A DNA stretch of 64,000 nt from an uncultured Nitrososphaeraceae archaeon (GCA_963729045.1 CAVSMN010000013.1:43642-107641), one strand, 5' to 3'. Counted from the stretch's first letter, positions 1 through 11,182 are shown. The notes: generated by a model not told the origin, from the sequence alone. Made by a program: numbers and translations.

Positions 1-160
1 CCTTCCCCTCCATCCGTTTCAAAGATATCTTATTTCATATGAACAGATTTAGAAAGCATTTAATCTTGAAATGGTTTTAGCAAATAGAATTTGGCAAATA
101 AAATATGATGAGAAAATGGATTTGTTATTCAGATATCACCTTTATATCTAATGAAAAAAA

Positions 161-1180
161 TTGAATGATGTATTGGTGAATAAATTGCCTGAAGCTTCAG
201 ATCAAAAAAGAACTATACTCAACTTATATAATTCAGGAATTGAACCAGAAATAATTTCACTTGAATTAGATATCAATGAAGACATCATAAGAGATATTAT
301 TAAAAATGAGAATAAGAGGGAAGGAGGAAATACTAATAATAATTTATCAAATTACCTTTTGAATAAATTCTATCTTGATGCGATTATAGACATCAATTCA
401 GTCGTAAAGGAAGCACAATTCAGGACATGGAATGCACTCAAAGCAAAACCTGAACTAAATATCATAGTAAAAGAAACTCAGAATATTTTGGAACAGAACG
501 CCGAATCTAAATTGAGATTAGTAATGCTGCATATTGACCTAGTTGGTTCTACGAAAATGGCCTTAACCATACCTATAGATCGATTGACCACCATAATCAG
601 ATCATTTGCTCAGGAAATGACAAACATAATATCATTGTACGGCGGTTATGTTTTAAAATATATCGGAGATGCAGTTTTGGCTTTTTTCGTTATAGAAGAT
701 ACTACTAGTGAAGAACAATACATGAACAAAGTGAAAAATTCGGGAGAGGAATCAGAAACCAACAATGGTTTCTCCTCCCTCCAATTCAGTAATGGGATTA
801 GTTGTGCTTTGACCATGATCAGAGTTATTAAAGAAGGGATCAACCCGATTTTAAATCAATATGACTATCCCGAGCTGAAAGTAAGGGTAGGAATTGATTT
901 TGGGGAAGTTGCTGTTGTGCAATATGGAATTGATATTTACGAATTTGAAAAAACAATGCTAAAAACTCCTCATTTGGACCTTATAGGATACACCATAAGT
1001 GTGGCAGTTAAGATGACGTCACTTGCGGAGGCTGACCACATTGTAATTGGTCAAAAATTATATGATCAATTAGATATCAAAGATAAAGACTCATTTAGAC
1101 AATTGAAGACTAATACTGAAATTTGGAATTACGCCAATCATACTGATGGCGAGCTTTATAACATCTTTACCAATAATTAG
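161..1180 (+). CDS. Class III adenylate/guanylate cyclase domain protein
   Basis: 339 aa ORF with cyclase motifs HIDLVGST, KYIGDAVLAFF, RVGIDFG and DLIG. Confidence 0.85.
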   Translation: MNDVLVNKLPEASDQKRTILNLYNSGIEPEIISLELDINEDIIRDIIKNENKREGGNTNNNLSNYLLNKFYLDAIIDINSVVKEAQFRTWNALKAKPELNIIVKETQNILEQNAESKLRLVMLHIDLVGSTKMALTIPIDRLTTIIRSFAQEMTNIISLYGGYVLKYIGDAVLAFFVIEDTTSEEQYMNKVKNSGEESETNNGFSSLQFSNGISCALTMIRVIKEGINPILNQYDYPELKVRVGIDFGEVAVVQYGIDIYEFEKTMLKTPHLDLIGYTISVAVKMTSLAEADHIVIGQKLYDQLDIKDKDSFRQLKTNTEIWNYANHTDGELYNIFTNN

Positions 1181-1492
1181 TTAAATATCTAGTCATTTGA
1201 TTTGGTAATCCCAAGTACGGTCCAACTTTTTTTGATTATTATCTAATTACACACACGGTCTTTTGTTTTACGTCTACTAGACTAGGTCAATATTTTCTTG
1301 AAGATCAGTGGTATTAGATAACCAAAACAAAATCACTTTAGATTCTAAACAAAATCACGAAAAGGTAGGAATAAGAGGTATTGTCTGAATAATTGTAAAT
1401 AATGAATTTTGACTGCCTGTTGTTAAAAAATCTTTATTATCTTTGAAAAATTTGAACAAAGTTAGAGTAATAGTAAAAAAAGAGGAGGAAGT

Positions 1493-1765
1493 TTATTGTT
1501 GACCTAAGGCTAAGTTACCTTCGTTGTTTTGGAACAGGAAGCCTAAGTTGTTGCATGATGCTAAGGTGAATTCACCGGATACACACTGTGCATTCTGTTC
1601 GTTCTCTTGGTCTTGTTCAATTGCCTGTTCTGCGTCATTAGATTTTTTGTGTTTTCCGCCTGCATATGCCATGTTGTCTCCAAATGCTACTACTGAACCA
1701 ATTAGAGCAGCTGCGATAAACATTGCAAAAAGTCCAACTTTATAGTTTTTTGTTATGTTACTCAT
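1493..1765 (-). CDS. Small secreted protein with C-x2-GE-x4-SCNN motif
   Basis: Hydrophobic signal peptide ending AYA, Gln-rich segment, Cys pair shared with 10203..10871. Confidence 0.75.
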   Translation of the reverse strand: MSNITKNYKVGLFAMFIAAALIGSVVAFGDNMAYAGGKHKKSNDAEQAIEQDQENEQNAQCVSGEFTLASCNNLGFLFQNNEGNLALGQQ

Positions 1766-2131
1766 TATTATCTAAATCTATACCTGAATTTTGATATATC
1801 ATGGTTTTGATACTAATTTCTGTATTATTTTTATGTATATATTTGCTCTTACTTTGTAATGAAAATTGATTTCGATATTATTTATTATATTGTTACTATT
1901 GTAGATAATTAGGTAAGATGATACTGTACAAAAATAGAAATTAATATCCTATCTTACTTGTGCTGTGAATCGTTCAACTGTAAGACAAATTTGGGGATTA
2001 AGGAAGGTATCAAAATTTACATCTTTTTGTTTTTTAATTGAAATCTTTATGAATTATTAAGTGAATTTTGTTTCACTCCAAATGGCTTTCAAGTTTTTAA
2101 ATGAGAACTCTAATATTGCTAATGAAGAGAT

Positions 2132-2590
2132 TTGACAGAAATGAATCCTCAAGAAGTCATGAACTTCTTAAATCTTGGCACAATGACCGCTAAAGTTTCA
2201 ACAGCATCTTTAGATGGTATACCTCACGTTGCTCCAGTTTGGTTTGTAGTTGATTATGATCCTCGTAGTAGCAGTAATAAAGATTTTACAGTTATTTTTA
2301 CAACTTTTTATAATTCAGTAAAGGCAAGACATTTGATATCTAATCCTAAAATATGTCTCAGTGTAGATGATCAAAAACCTCCATTTTCTTTCATAATACT
2401 AAATGGAATCGCAGAAATAGATCAAAATCCTAACTATGATGAACTTTTACGTCTAACCAGTCGATTAGCTGAACGATATATGGGAAAAGAGAATGCCGAA
2501 AAATACGGTAAGAGAAACGCCGTCAAAGGGGAATGCATCATAAGAATAAAACCTAGCAAAATTATTGCTCAAAAGAATGTTTCCGAATAG
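2132..2590 (+). CDS. PPOX-class (pyridoxamine 5'-phosphate oxidase-like, probably F420-dependent) oxidoreductase
   Basis: Motifs STASLDGIPHVAPVWF, K..HL..NPKICLSVDD, LAERY. Confidence 0.85.
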   Translation: MTEMNPQEVMNFLNLGTMTAKVSTASLDGIPHVAPVWFVVDYDPRSSSNKDFTVIFTTFYNSVKARHLISNPKICLSVDDQKPPFSFIILNGIAEIDQNPNYDELLRLTSRLAERYMGKENAEKYGKRNAVKGECIIRIKPSKIIAQKNVSE

Positions 2591-2826
2591 AAAGGCGTTA
2601 TTTGCTTTTTTTTCTCTCAATCTTGATAAATAACCTTTATTTACATTGTTCTCGGAAATTTGTCTCAAAGTGTATGTTTAGTAGACTCTAACAGAATATC
2701 CATTTTGAATGTCAGAAACAAAAGCATATCGGCCTCGGTAGACTCAAATATACTACTATCTTGTCGATATTTTCGAATTTTATAAATGGGTACAACTATT
2801 TAAATCATGATGAACTAAAATCATTA

Positions 2827-3302
2827 ATGAAATATCTATCATTATTGCTACTTTCTGTATTGTTTATACCGATAGTTCAGGTGGCACATGCACAAAATAT
2901 CGTAGAGGAAATTGGTCAAGCCTTTAACAATTTGACTTCAGGAATGATGGGTGGAAACCAAACAGCAGGCAATGCTTCAAGCGCTGGTTCAGGTAACGAA
3001 ACAGCAGGCAATGCTTCAAGCGCTGGTTCAGGTAACGAAACAGCAGGCAATGCTTCAAGCGCTGGTTCAGGTAACGAAACAGCAGGCAATGCTTCAAGCG
3101 CTGGTTCAGGTAACGAAACACAACAGATGTCGGATCCATTCAAGAATTACAGAACTTAACATCTGGAAATCAAGAAATCTTGACTAATAATACATCCTTA
3201 GCAGGCGGTAATACTTCATTAGGACAAGGAATGGAACAGGAACAGTATGTAGAGCCTGAAAATCAAAGCAATGCTTTATCATCTGCAAACAGCACACAGT
3301 GA
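2827..3302 (+). CDS. Secreted low-complexity protein with 13-aa repeats; one frameshift near 3138
   Basis: Signal peptide MKYLSLLLLSVLFIPIVQVAHA. After ...SDP another frame continues IQELQNLTSGNQ...ANSTQ to TGA at 3300-3302. Confidence 0.65.
2960..3120 (+). repeat. 39-bp tandem repeat, 4 exact copies (encodes TAGNASSAGSGNE)
   Basis: Unit aaacagcaggcaatgcttcaagcgctggttcaggtaacg read directly. Confidence 0.95.
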
Positions 3303-3803
3303 GAGATTTCAATCCTCTCCAGTAAATTAGAACTCTAACTATTTTTTAGCCTCGATTTTTCATTTATTAAAAGTATTTAGTCATGTTATATCTAAACATT
3401 TTTACTTGCTAATTTCTAGAAAACATTAAAATAACAATTATTCGAGAACAATTGTTTTTTAATCCTGATATGGTTTTACGATTCAATAATATTTTCAACC
3501 TTGCTTTGTCCATATTCATCACAAATCAGTTTTCTAACGCTGACATCCGATTTGATTTAGCAGTGATCTATATCCTGTTTATAAACCTCTCTTAATTATT
3601 CTCTACAGATGTAATTAGGGTAAATTGAGTTAATAAGTTAATAGTCTTGGTCATGTCATTGTCTTATTGACTCATGCTTTTAACAATCTTTTAATATTGA
3701 ACCTTAGACAATAACGTTATTCAAGTATAAATACTAGATATTTTTTGAACAGAATGCGATTATTATTCCAATCATTTATATAAATATTGTTGACTTAGAT
3801 ATC

Positions 3804-4251
3804 ATGATGGAATCGTTTTTGAAAATAATTGTTCCAGTTATCATATCCCTAAGCTTGATGATGATTTTAAGTACAGCAAGCTATAGTGGTTATGGTCAAC
3901 CGGTAGCAAATACCACTACTACTATTGCTAATACCACTGCTCCTGACATTAGTAACCAAACCAACCAGAATGTAAGCCAACTTGTCCAACCAAGCAGACA
4001 TCGACCAAGCAGAACCACAAATACAATCACAGGCAAATCAAACTAATTCTACATCCGCCGCCGATTCTTCAGATTTACTGATGAAAGAAAGATTATTAAA
4101 TTACACGAATGACGCTATTTTGGCATTGAATGACGACAATGAAACTGCCATACAACAAAACTTGGTTCAAATTCAAAATACTTTGATTAAAGCGATTGGT
4201 AAACCAGTAGTAATTGTTCCGGCTCCTGCACTCAATCTAGATTCTGATTAG
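3804..4251 (+). CDS. Secreted hypothetical protein split by a frameshift near 3990-4020
   Basis: ORF 3804..4046 has a signal peptide; overlapping ORF 3982..4251 continues the same N/Q/T-rich style. Confidence 0.6.
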
Positions 4252-4397
4252 AAATCCGTTCAACCTTTATTATTTTTGAATTTGAATTATTTGAAAATAT
4301 GAACCAATTAATCAATCAAGTACCCAACCAGTCACTTGGGTAAAATTTCGTAATTCTGGAAAGATTAATTTATCCGAGATGTGATATATCTGTATAG

Positions 4398-4808
4398 TTG
4401 CTAACAGAATCCACCATAGATAACAAACATTCTATCATATTAGTAGAGGATGATATTGATGTCTCTAATATTTTAGCAGGTCATTTCACTTTGGCCAAGT
4501 TTAAGGTATACAAGACCGCTAGTGCAACAGAATGTCTAGATAAGCTGAAGGAATTGAATAACAGGGTGGATATGATATTAATAAATGGCACGATTGCTGC
4601 TGATAGAGGTCCCATGTTAATCGTAAATATACGAAAATTGACTCTTGATGTAAAGATATTTGCACTTGCTGAAAACGAAAACACAAAGACCAGAGTCTTA
4701 GATTACGGTGCAGATGAGTTTGCGGTAAAACCAATCAGTCCAACTACTGTCGTAGAAAAGATAAGTATGTTATTGATGAAGAAGCCTATCGAATCTCAGA
4801 TCAAATAA
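4398..4808 (+). CDS. Single-domain response regulator receiver (atypical, phospho-Asp replaced)
   Basis: IILVEDD start, GADEFAVKP; DMILIN where DxxxxD is expected. Confidence 0.85.
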   Translation: MLTESTIDNKHSIILVEDDIDVSNILAGHFTLAKFKVYKTASATECLDKLKELNNRVDMILINGTIAADRGPMLIVNIRKLTLDVKIFALAENENTKTRVLDYGADEFAVKPISPTTVVEKISMLLMKKPIESQIK

Positions 4809-4860
4809 ATAAATGTTTATTTGATATCATTAAACCTCATATTACCTTTCGTAAATATCC

Positions 4861-6645
4861 TTGTTTAGGGGTGTATTCAAACAATTGAATGACGTATCTT
4901 CAGATCCAAATAAATATCTAGACATCTGTAGAATTACCTCTAAATACATCTTTTTTTGTGGACCATATTCATCATTTTCAAAATCGCTTGGAATCAGTAA
5001 TGATTCTTTCTTCAAATTATTATCGGATCTTAAGGAAGACCAGATTGAAATCAAGATTTTAACAGAAGTCAGTCTATCTAATGAACACAAGATAAAAGAA
5101 CTATTATCAGTTGCAGATATACGACATGTTGACGAGTTGAATCTAAAATTTATGGTTAATGAGTCAGCCTGTGTATTTCTTCCCAAAACTGATAATGGGA
5201 ATAATATTATGAGTGACTTGAATTATATTACTAATATAAATAACGAAATGATAGCACAATATAGATTAATATTTGAACAGTTATGGCAATTTGGAATAGA
5301 TGCAACAAAGAAAATACATCTTCTAGAAACTGAATTTGATGTGGCTTCTGTTATACGTGAAGTTGACAAGAATGGTATAAACCAATTTGTTGAAAAATTA
5401 ATAAGTACATCAAAACATGAAGTCTTGTTTTATACTTCTACCTTATGGGGGAGCAATAATTTCATATCAAAAGATCTATTTGGGCTCTTAAAAAATATGG
5501 TTTTGAAAAATAAGATAAAAGTCAAATTTATCATTCCATCTCTTATAATACTAAAGTCAAATAATTTGAAACACATAATTTTGGAATTAGGCATAATGGA
5601 ACAACAAGAGGAGTCACATTTCTTGTTTAGGGCTTTACCAAAAGGCGATGATATTGAACTTGAATCTTTGATCCTGATCGTAGATAATTATCATCTACTT
5701 ATTGTAAATCCTCATCTAAATGACGAACATCCATCAAACGATGATAATCATAAAGGTGATTATTCTTATTTTTACACCACTCAATTAGACTCTATCAATA
5801 AATACAAATTGTTGTTTGATGTGCAATGGGGTAGAGCAGAATTAGCAGAGAGACTGTACATTCAAGACATAATGCAAAGAAACTTGATTGATACCATAGC
5901 TCATGAATTACGAACTCCTACACAAGCAATTTTAGGATATTCGGAAATGGCAACGATAGATATTAATAACAATGAGGCAGGTCAATATTACAAACATTAT
6001 TTTGATTCTATCATACGAAACGCCAATAGATTAAACTCTATCGTAATTAACATACTAAATGTTGCTAAAATAGACAATACCACTTTCAATTTGAATAAAG
6101 AAGAAACCAACATTTATGAAATAGTTTCTGAAGCAGTGAACGATTATAGGTACGTATCTAAAACAGACGACAATCTAAAAAATAAGAATATTCAATTCGA
6201 GGTGGCTGAAAGTTCTGTGAAATCGGTAAGGGCCAATGTAGATAGAATTCGAATTTATGAAGTGTTGACAAATCTGTTTAATAATTCGGTGGAATTCATT
6301 CAATCCATTGGTACAGTTACAGTACAAGTTACAGTTGTAGATAGGCATTACCTAGACAAAATAAACCAAGTAAAAAGTCATGATTACGAAAGTTTAAACA
6401 AACATGATCACAAACACGATACTGACAATTTCATTCTGATCCAAATAAAGGATGATGGAAAAGGAATAGATAAATATGTTCTCTCAAAACTATTTAACAA
6501 ATTTGTCTCTACAGTCGATAATCATATAGGTTTAGGACTGTATGTTTCAAAATATATTATAGAATCCCACGGTGGCAGAATTTGGGCCCAGAATAATACT
6601 GATAGACAAGGATCAACTTTTTCATTTATACTTCCTCTCGCATGA
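4861..6645 (+). CDS. Soluble sensor histidine kinase
   Basis: H-box AHELRTP, N-box NLFNNS, DDGKGID, GLGLYVS...HGGRIW. Confidence 0.92.
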   Translation: MFRGVFKQLNDVSSDPNKYLDICRITSKYIFFCGPYSSFSKSLGISNDSFFKLLSDLKEDQIEIKILTEVSLSNEHKIKELLSVADIRHVDELNLKFMVNESACVFLPKTDNGNNIMSDLNYITNINNEMIAQYRLIFEQLWQFGIDATKKIHLLETEFDVASVIREVDKNGINQFVEKLISTSKHEVLFYTSTLWGSNNFISKDLFGLLKNMVLKNKIKVKFIIPSLIILKSNNLKHIILELGIMEQQEESHFLFRALPKGDDIELESLILIVDNYHLLIVNPHLNDEHPSNDDNHKGDYSYFYTTQLDSINKYKLLFDVQWGRAELAERLYIQDIMQRNLIDTIAHELRTPTQAILGYSEMATIDINNNEAGQYYKHYFDSIIRNANRLNSIVINILNVAKIDNTTFNLNKEETNIYEIVSEAVNDYRYVSKTDDNLKNKNIQFEVAESSVKSVRANVDRIRIYEVLTNLFNNSVEFIQSIGTVTVQVTVVDRHYLDKINQVKSHDYESLNKHDHKHDTDNFILIQIKDDGKGIDKYVLSKLFNKFVSTVDNHIGLGLYVSKYIIESHGGRIWAQNNTDRQGSTFSFILPLA

Positions 6646-6848
6646 GTTAGCATTCGAAATAGAGAAGCGTATTCACGATTAGTATCATTTTGCATGAGCC
6701 TCCGTTTAAAGAATTTGATTTCCGGGTGCTTTTTTTATGGGCTGTCTCTAGAGAGCAAACAAACATGTTAATGGACTGGTCGAATTTTGAATTTATCATA
6801 TGTGTTTTCTAACTTAAATATGCTGTAATTGTTATAACTTTTTAACAC

Positions 6849-8543
6849 ATGAATAATGATATCCTGTATTCGATTAACTATCATGAAATGACAAAGCATT
6901 CTGAATTTAGTGTTATGAATTCAAATTACTATCTGGATTGGAGTAATCGGCCTAAACCATTTAAGGTGTATAAAGAATTATCTTCTTTCCCTCTTCCAAT
7001 AGATTTTCCTCATCCTACCTTGAATGCTATGACCGCAATAAGTAATTTATCAAGCGACAATGAATCATTTAATAACAGGACCCAATTTGCTTCTCCATTA
7101 TCCTCTTCAAAGGATGTTTCTAAAATTATTACATTATCTGATCTATCTTCCCTGTTGTTTTATTCTTGTGGTATAACACGCGTGATGCGTTTTAATTCTG
7201 TTGATTATTATATGCGTGCTGCTTCTGCAACAGGAGCCCTCTATCCAATAGAAACCTACGTGGTTACTAAAGGTCTTGGTTCTGAATTGCATGCAGGGGT
7301 GTATCATTTTAATCCAGGTGAATTTAGTTTGACTGCTATTCATAAAGGTGATTATAGAAACTTTCTGGAAACTATTGCTGGTAACAATACCGATATTACA
7401 ACATCTCCTGTTTCCTTAATATTTACATCTTATGCATGGAGAAATGCATGGAAGTATCAATCACGATCTTATAGACATTGGTTTTGGGACGCTGGGGTTA
7501 TAGTTTCTAACCTACTGGCCGTCTCAAGTTCTATGCATCTTTATACCAGATTAATTATGGGGTTTCTGGACGACCAATCTAACAGATTGCTGGGACTAGA
7601 AGATCATAAAGAGGCTTCCATATTGATTGCAGCCATTGATGCAGACTCTTTGAAAAACAATGTTAACCAAGAGCAATCAATGCAAGAAAAGATTCTAAAT
7701 TCACCTACTCCAAAGGTTTATCCCCTTTCGTTAGAAGAAATTGACTATCCTGAAATTTGGAAAGCTTACAACAGTTCTAAATTATTCGATAATGCTCAGG
7801 TCTCCCAATGGATTAATCACAAGAGGATTGGAGAAGTTGACGAACTAGATAAAAAAGATAATTCTAATACGGGTACTTTAAGACAATATTCCTTGCCCAA
7901 GCCTTGTGTGGATGACAACGGCCCTGATATTGGAAACACCATTTTGAAGAGAGGTTCTACGAGACAATTTTCAAGGCTACCCATCTCCTTTTTGACTTTA
8001 TCTAATATTCTTTTAAATTCAACAAGAGGAATTCCAATGGATTACAAAAGTGATTCAGATAGTCTAATTGATTTATTTCTTGTAGTTAATTCAGTTGATG
8101 GGCTTGAAAAGGGTGGGTATTTTTTTAATCAGAGGAATAATTCTATAGACTTGTTAAAGTATAGACCAGGTCATAATATCTCCGGTCATCTTTGCTTAGA
8201 TCAATCTCTTTTTGCAGACGCAAGCGTTGTGATATTCATAATGACTGATCTAAAACATATACTTGATATGTTGGGTAATCGGGGCTACAGAGCAGTACAG
8301 ATGGAAGCAGGGATCACTGCAGGAAAAATTTATCTTTTATCTTATGCCAGTGGCTTGGGAGCATCAGGTTCCACTTTTTATGATAATGAAGTGATCGAAT
8401 TTTTCTCTCCTCATGCTAAACAAAAGGAAACATTGATTGCTATCGGAGTCGGAATTCCATCATACCAATCGAAACCGGGTAGAGTACTACCAGTCAGACT
8501 AACACGCGAACAAATGATAGATGCATCTAGTACGGCTAGTTGA
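6849..8543 (+). CDS. SagB/ThcOx-like nitroreductase-family dehydrogenase with two domains
   Basis: RAASATGALYPIE, WKYQSRSYRH.FWDAG, RGSTRQF, RGYRAVQMEAG motifs. Confidence 0.85.
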   Translation: MNNDILYSINYHEMTKHSEFSVMNSNYYLDWSNRPKPFKVYKELSSFPLPIDFPHPTLNAMTAISNLSSDNESFNNRTQFASPLSSSKDVSKIITLSDLSSLLFYSCGITRVMRFNSVDYYMRAASATGALYPIETYVVTKGLGSELHAGVYHFNPGEFSLTAIHKGDYRNFLETIAGNNTDITTSPVSLIFTSYAWRNAWKYQSRSYRHWFWDAGVIVSNLLAVSSSMHLYTRLIMGFLDDQSNRLLGLEDHKEASILIAAIDADSLKNNVNQEQSMQEKILNSPTPKVYPLSLEEIDYPEIWKAYNSSKLFDNAQVSQWINHKRIGEVDELDKKDNSNTGTLRQYSLPKPCVDDNGPDIGNTILKRGSTRQFSRLPISFLTLSNILLNSTRGIPMDYKSDSDSLIDLFLVVNSVDGLEKGGYFFNQRNNSIDLLKYRPGHNISGHLCLDQSLFADASVVIFIMTDLKHILDMLGNRGYRAVQMEAGITAGKIYLLSYASGLGASGSTFYDNEVIEFFSPHAKQKETLIAIGVGIPSYQSKPGRVLPVRLTREQMIDASSTAS

Positions 8544-8761
8544 TTTAACTGATCCTTTATGTCATCCACCACCTCCATATTCTGTTATGGTCCTATGATG
8601 TGATTGTTGATTTGAACTCCGGATTCAATAGATTAATGTCCTTCAAAAATGAAAAAAGACTATTTTTCCCTTAATTTTAAAACTATCAAAAAGAATCTCA
8701 CTAGATTAGAAATGTCGCATTGTGGTGATATCTATTTAAAGCTTAATAAATATGAATAGAT

Positions 8762-9052
8762 ATGAGCGAACTTTCTAATAATAGTGGAAACGAGAATGTA
8801 AATAACAATTCTGACCGATCAAAGAACTCATCTAAAGAGCACATTTCAGAATGGTCTGAATTAATTTCAAGAATCATAGACAAATTGACCGGCAAGGATT
8901 TGCAAGTTACTTACTCTTTTGATAATTTGGAAATCGAGATCCCAAAAGCTTACGGTCCTGATGGTCGAGAACTAGGGGGTGCAAAGTGGAAGGTGGATGG
9001 TAAAATAACTATATCAACGGAACTAATTAACGACGAGAAAAATAGCCTCTAA
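8762..9052 (+). CDS. Hypothetical protein
   Basis: 96 aa ATG-initiated ORF with AT-rich TATA-like sequence upstream. Confidence 0.65.
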   Translation: MSELSNNSGNENVNNNSDRSKNSSKEHISEWSELISRIIDKLTGKDLQVTYSFDNLEIEIPKAYGPDGRELGGAKWKVDGKITISTELINDEKNSL

Positions 9053-9608
9053 TGGCTACTAATGTGAGTCACTGTTGTCCATAATCGATAACTAAATTTT
9101 TTTCATATTGTTAATACTCTTTTTCAATATTTTACCATCAAATCTAATCAGATCGGGTTGAATGAAATGATTGAAGCTTTTATTACTAAATACGAAGGAC
9201 TAAAATGATGATGCAAAATTTCATATATTCTTGATAAGGTTATGATATATGATGATCCTAATGCCTATGGATATTCTAATATTATATTTCCTAAAGATAA
9301 GAATGTAGTATTATGGATACGAAGATGTTTAGGCCGTTTCTAAAAAAACTGATTATAGGGACTATTTAAAAGATCAACTAGTTTTATTATCGAATGGCCG
9401 TATGGTACAGTAAATACGAACCAATTCGATGGATTGTATGAATGCATTATGCAATTATAATATATCAGAAAAATTTTATGTAGTTCTAATAATTGTTTTA
9501 GAATCAATGAGCATATAGTTACCACCGGGAATGTTTTTAGACTGGCCTTAAATGAATTTTAATCTCAGCAACAAATTTAAACAATAGGGAAAAATATTTG
9601 CTATACTA

Positions 9609-10154
9609 ATGACTTTGCCTTCCAATAAAATATCTGACAACAAATCAAAATTGTATCCATATCCTAGTAATTTAAACCACATTGCTGTAAGTGTAACTAA
9701 TATTGAAGATGTAATAGCGTGGTACACAAAAGTTTTGGGTTTTAATGTTGTAAAACCACCTTTCGAAGCCGTTGCAGATGACACTCACATAGGCAAGATC
9801 TTTCAAGATGTTTTTGGCAAGAACTTTAAGAAACTAAAGATTGCTCACTTAAGCTTTGGCAATCAAATTGGGTTCGAAGTTTTCGAATTCATTGAACCTA
9901 AAGAAGAGAAAAGGGAGGACAATTTTGAGTATTGGAAGACCGGATTCTTTCATATTTGCATAACTGATCCTAATATCGAGGAAACCACGGAAAGGATTGT
10001 TGATAGTGGTGGTAAACAGAGAACTCAAATATGGGAGTTAACGAATGGAAAACCTTTCAAGGTAGTATCGTGTGAAGATCCGTTTGGAAACATCATTGAT
10101 ATTTATACTCATGGCTACGAATACCTTTGGAGATCTGAGAATTATCAAAAATAG
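9609..10154 (+). CDS. VOC/glyoxalase (lactoylglutathione lyase-like) family protein
   Basis: NHIAVSV...WYTKVLGF, FEVFEF, GFFHICI, EDPFGNII. Confidence 0.88.
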   Translation: MTLPSNKISDNKSKLYPYPSNLNHIAVSVTNIEDVIAWYTKVLGFNVVKPPFEAVADDTHIGKIFQDVFGKNFKKLKIAHLSFGNQIGFEVFEFIEPKEEKREDNFEYWKTGFFHICITDPNIEETTERIVDSGGKQRTQIWELTNGKPFKVVSCEDPFGNIIDIYTHGYEYLWRSENYQK

Positions 10155-10202
10155 GATTCAAAAATACTATATTATAAAAATATCAAAAGAGTAAATGCAT
10201 TT

Positions 10203-10871
10203 TTAAGTTTGTCTTAACATTTTAAGTCTATCGCTAATCATTTCTTTAAGATCAAAATTATTGCAAGAATTGTTGTTATCCTCTCCCGCCTCGCATTTTG
10301 AGTTTTGTTTAGATACTTGAACCTGATTTCCTCCGTCATTACCATTGCCACCATTGCTAGCGCTCCCACTGCCATCATCATCGTGTCTGGATATGCTTAT
10401 GTTATTGCAAGAATTGTTGTTATCCTCTCCCGCCTCGCATTTTGAGTTTTGTTTAGATACTTGAACCTGATTTCCTCCGTCATTACCACCACCATTGCTA
10501 GCGCTCCCACTGCCATCATCATCGTGTCTGGATATGCTTATGTTATTGCAAGAATTGTTGTTATCCTCTCCCGCCTCGCATTTTGAGTTTTGTTTAGATA
10601 CTTGAACCTGATTTCCTCCGTCATTACCATTGCCGCTAGCGCTCCCACTGCCATCATCATCGTGTCTGGATATGCTTATGTTATTGCAAGAATTGTTGTT
10701 ATCCTCTCCCGCCTCGCATTTTGAGTTTTGTTTAGATACTTGAGATTGATCAAAATCTTTTTTTCCATGCGCACTATATTCCATAGATCCTAAGAAAGAA
10801 AATGAGGTTACAGTTAATAGTAAAACCGTTAATATCATTACAGATGTTTTTAAACGATGTTTAATCTGCAA
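10203..10871 (-). CDS. Secreted protein with four Cys-containing 46-48 aa repeats
   Basis: Signal peptide, then QVSKQNSKCEAGEDNNNSCNN x4. Confidence 0.8.
   Translation of the reverse strand: MQIKHRLKTSVMILTVLLLTVTSFSFLGSMEYSAHGKKDFDQSQVSKQNSKCEAGEDNNNSCNNISISRHDDDGSGSASGNGNDGGNQVQVSKQNSKCEAGEDNNNSCNNISISRHDDDGSGSASNGGGNDGGNQVQVSKQNSKCEAGEDNNNSCNNISISRHDDDGSGSASNGGNGNDGGNQVQVSKQNSKCEAGEDNNNSCNNFDLKEMISDRLKMLRQT
10258..10742 (-). repeat. Intragenic tandem repeat with 138, 141 and 144 bp units
   Basis: ttattgcaagaattgttgttatcctctccc starts at 10258, 10402, 10543 and 10681. Confidence 0.92.
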
Positions 10872-11182
10872 ACTTTTACCCGTATATTTTTAAACAATAA
10901 TATATAATATTACTATTTTTAAAGATTTGTATATAACTTATTTATATATCATAATAATACTAAATAATTCTATTAATTTTATTATTATAATATCTTGAAT
11001 TGAGGTTCTACAGAGATGAGGAAAATACTATCCTAGTATCATGCTTATCATCCAGAATAACAACCATTTTTTTTAATTATCATGGCGCGTCACATTTTTT
11101 TGTGATATTTGTCAAAAGGTCAGATTTATTTCAAAATAACTTTGACAATGTTTTTCGTTGCTCAGACTTTTTCTTGATTCTC

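Noticed and set aside
2916..3187. Overlapping repetitive ORFs (2916..3143, 2924..3139, 2951..3187)
   Set aside because: Shadows of the 39-bp tandem repeat; only the signal-peptide frame is plausible.
6849..8543. SagB-like gene as part of a RiPP (azole peptide) cluster
   Set aside because: No YcaO/E1 cyclodehydratase, precursor peptide or transporter nearby.
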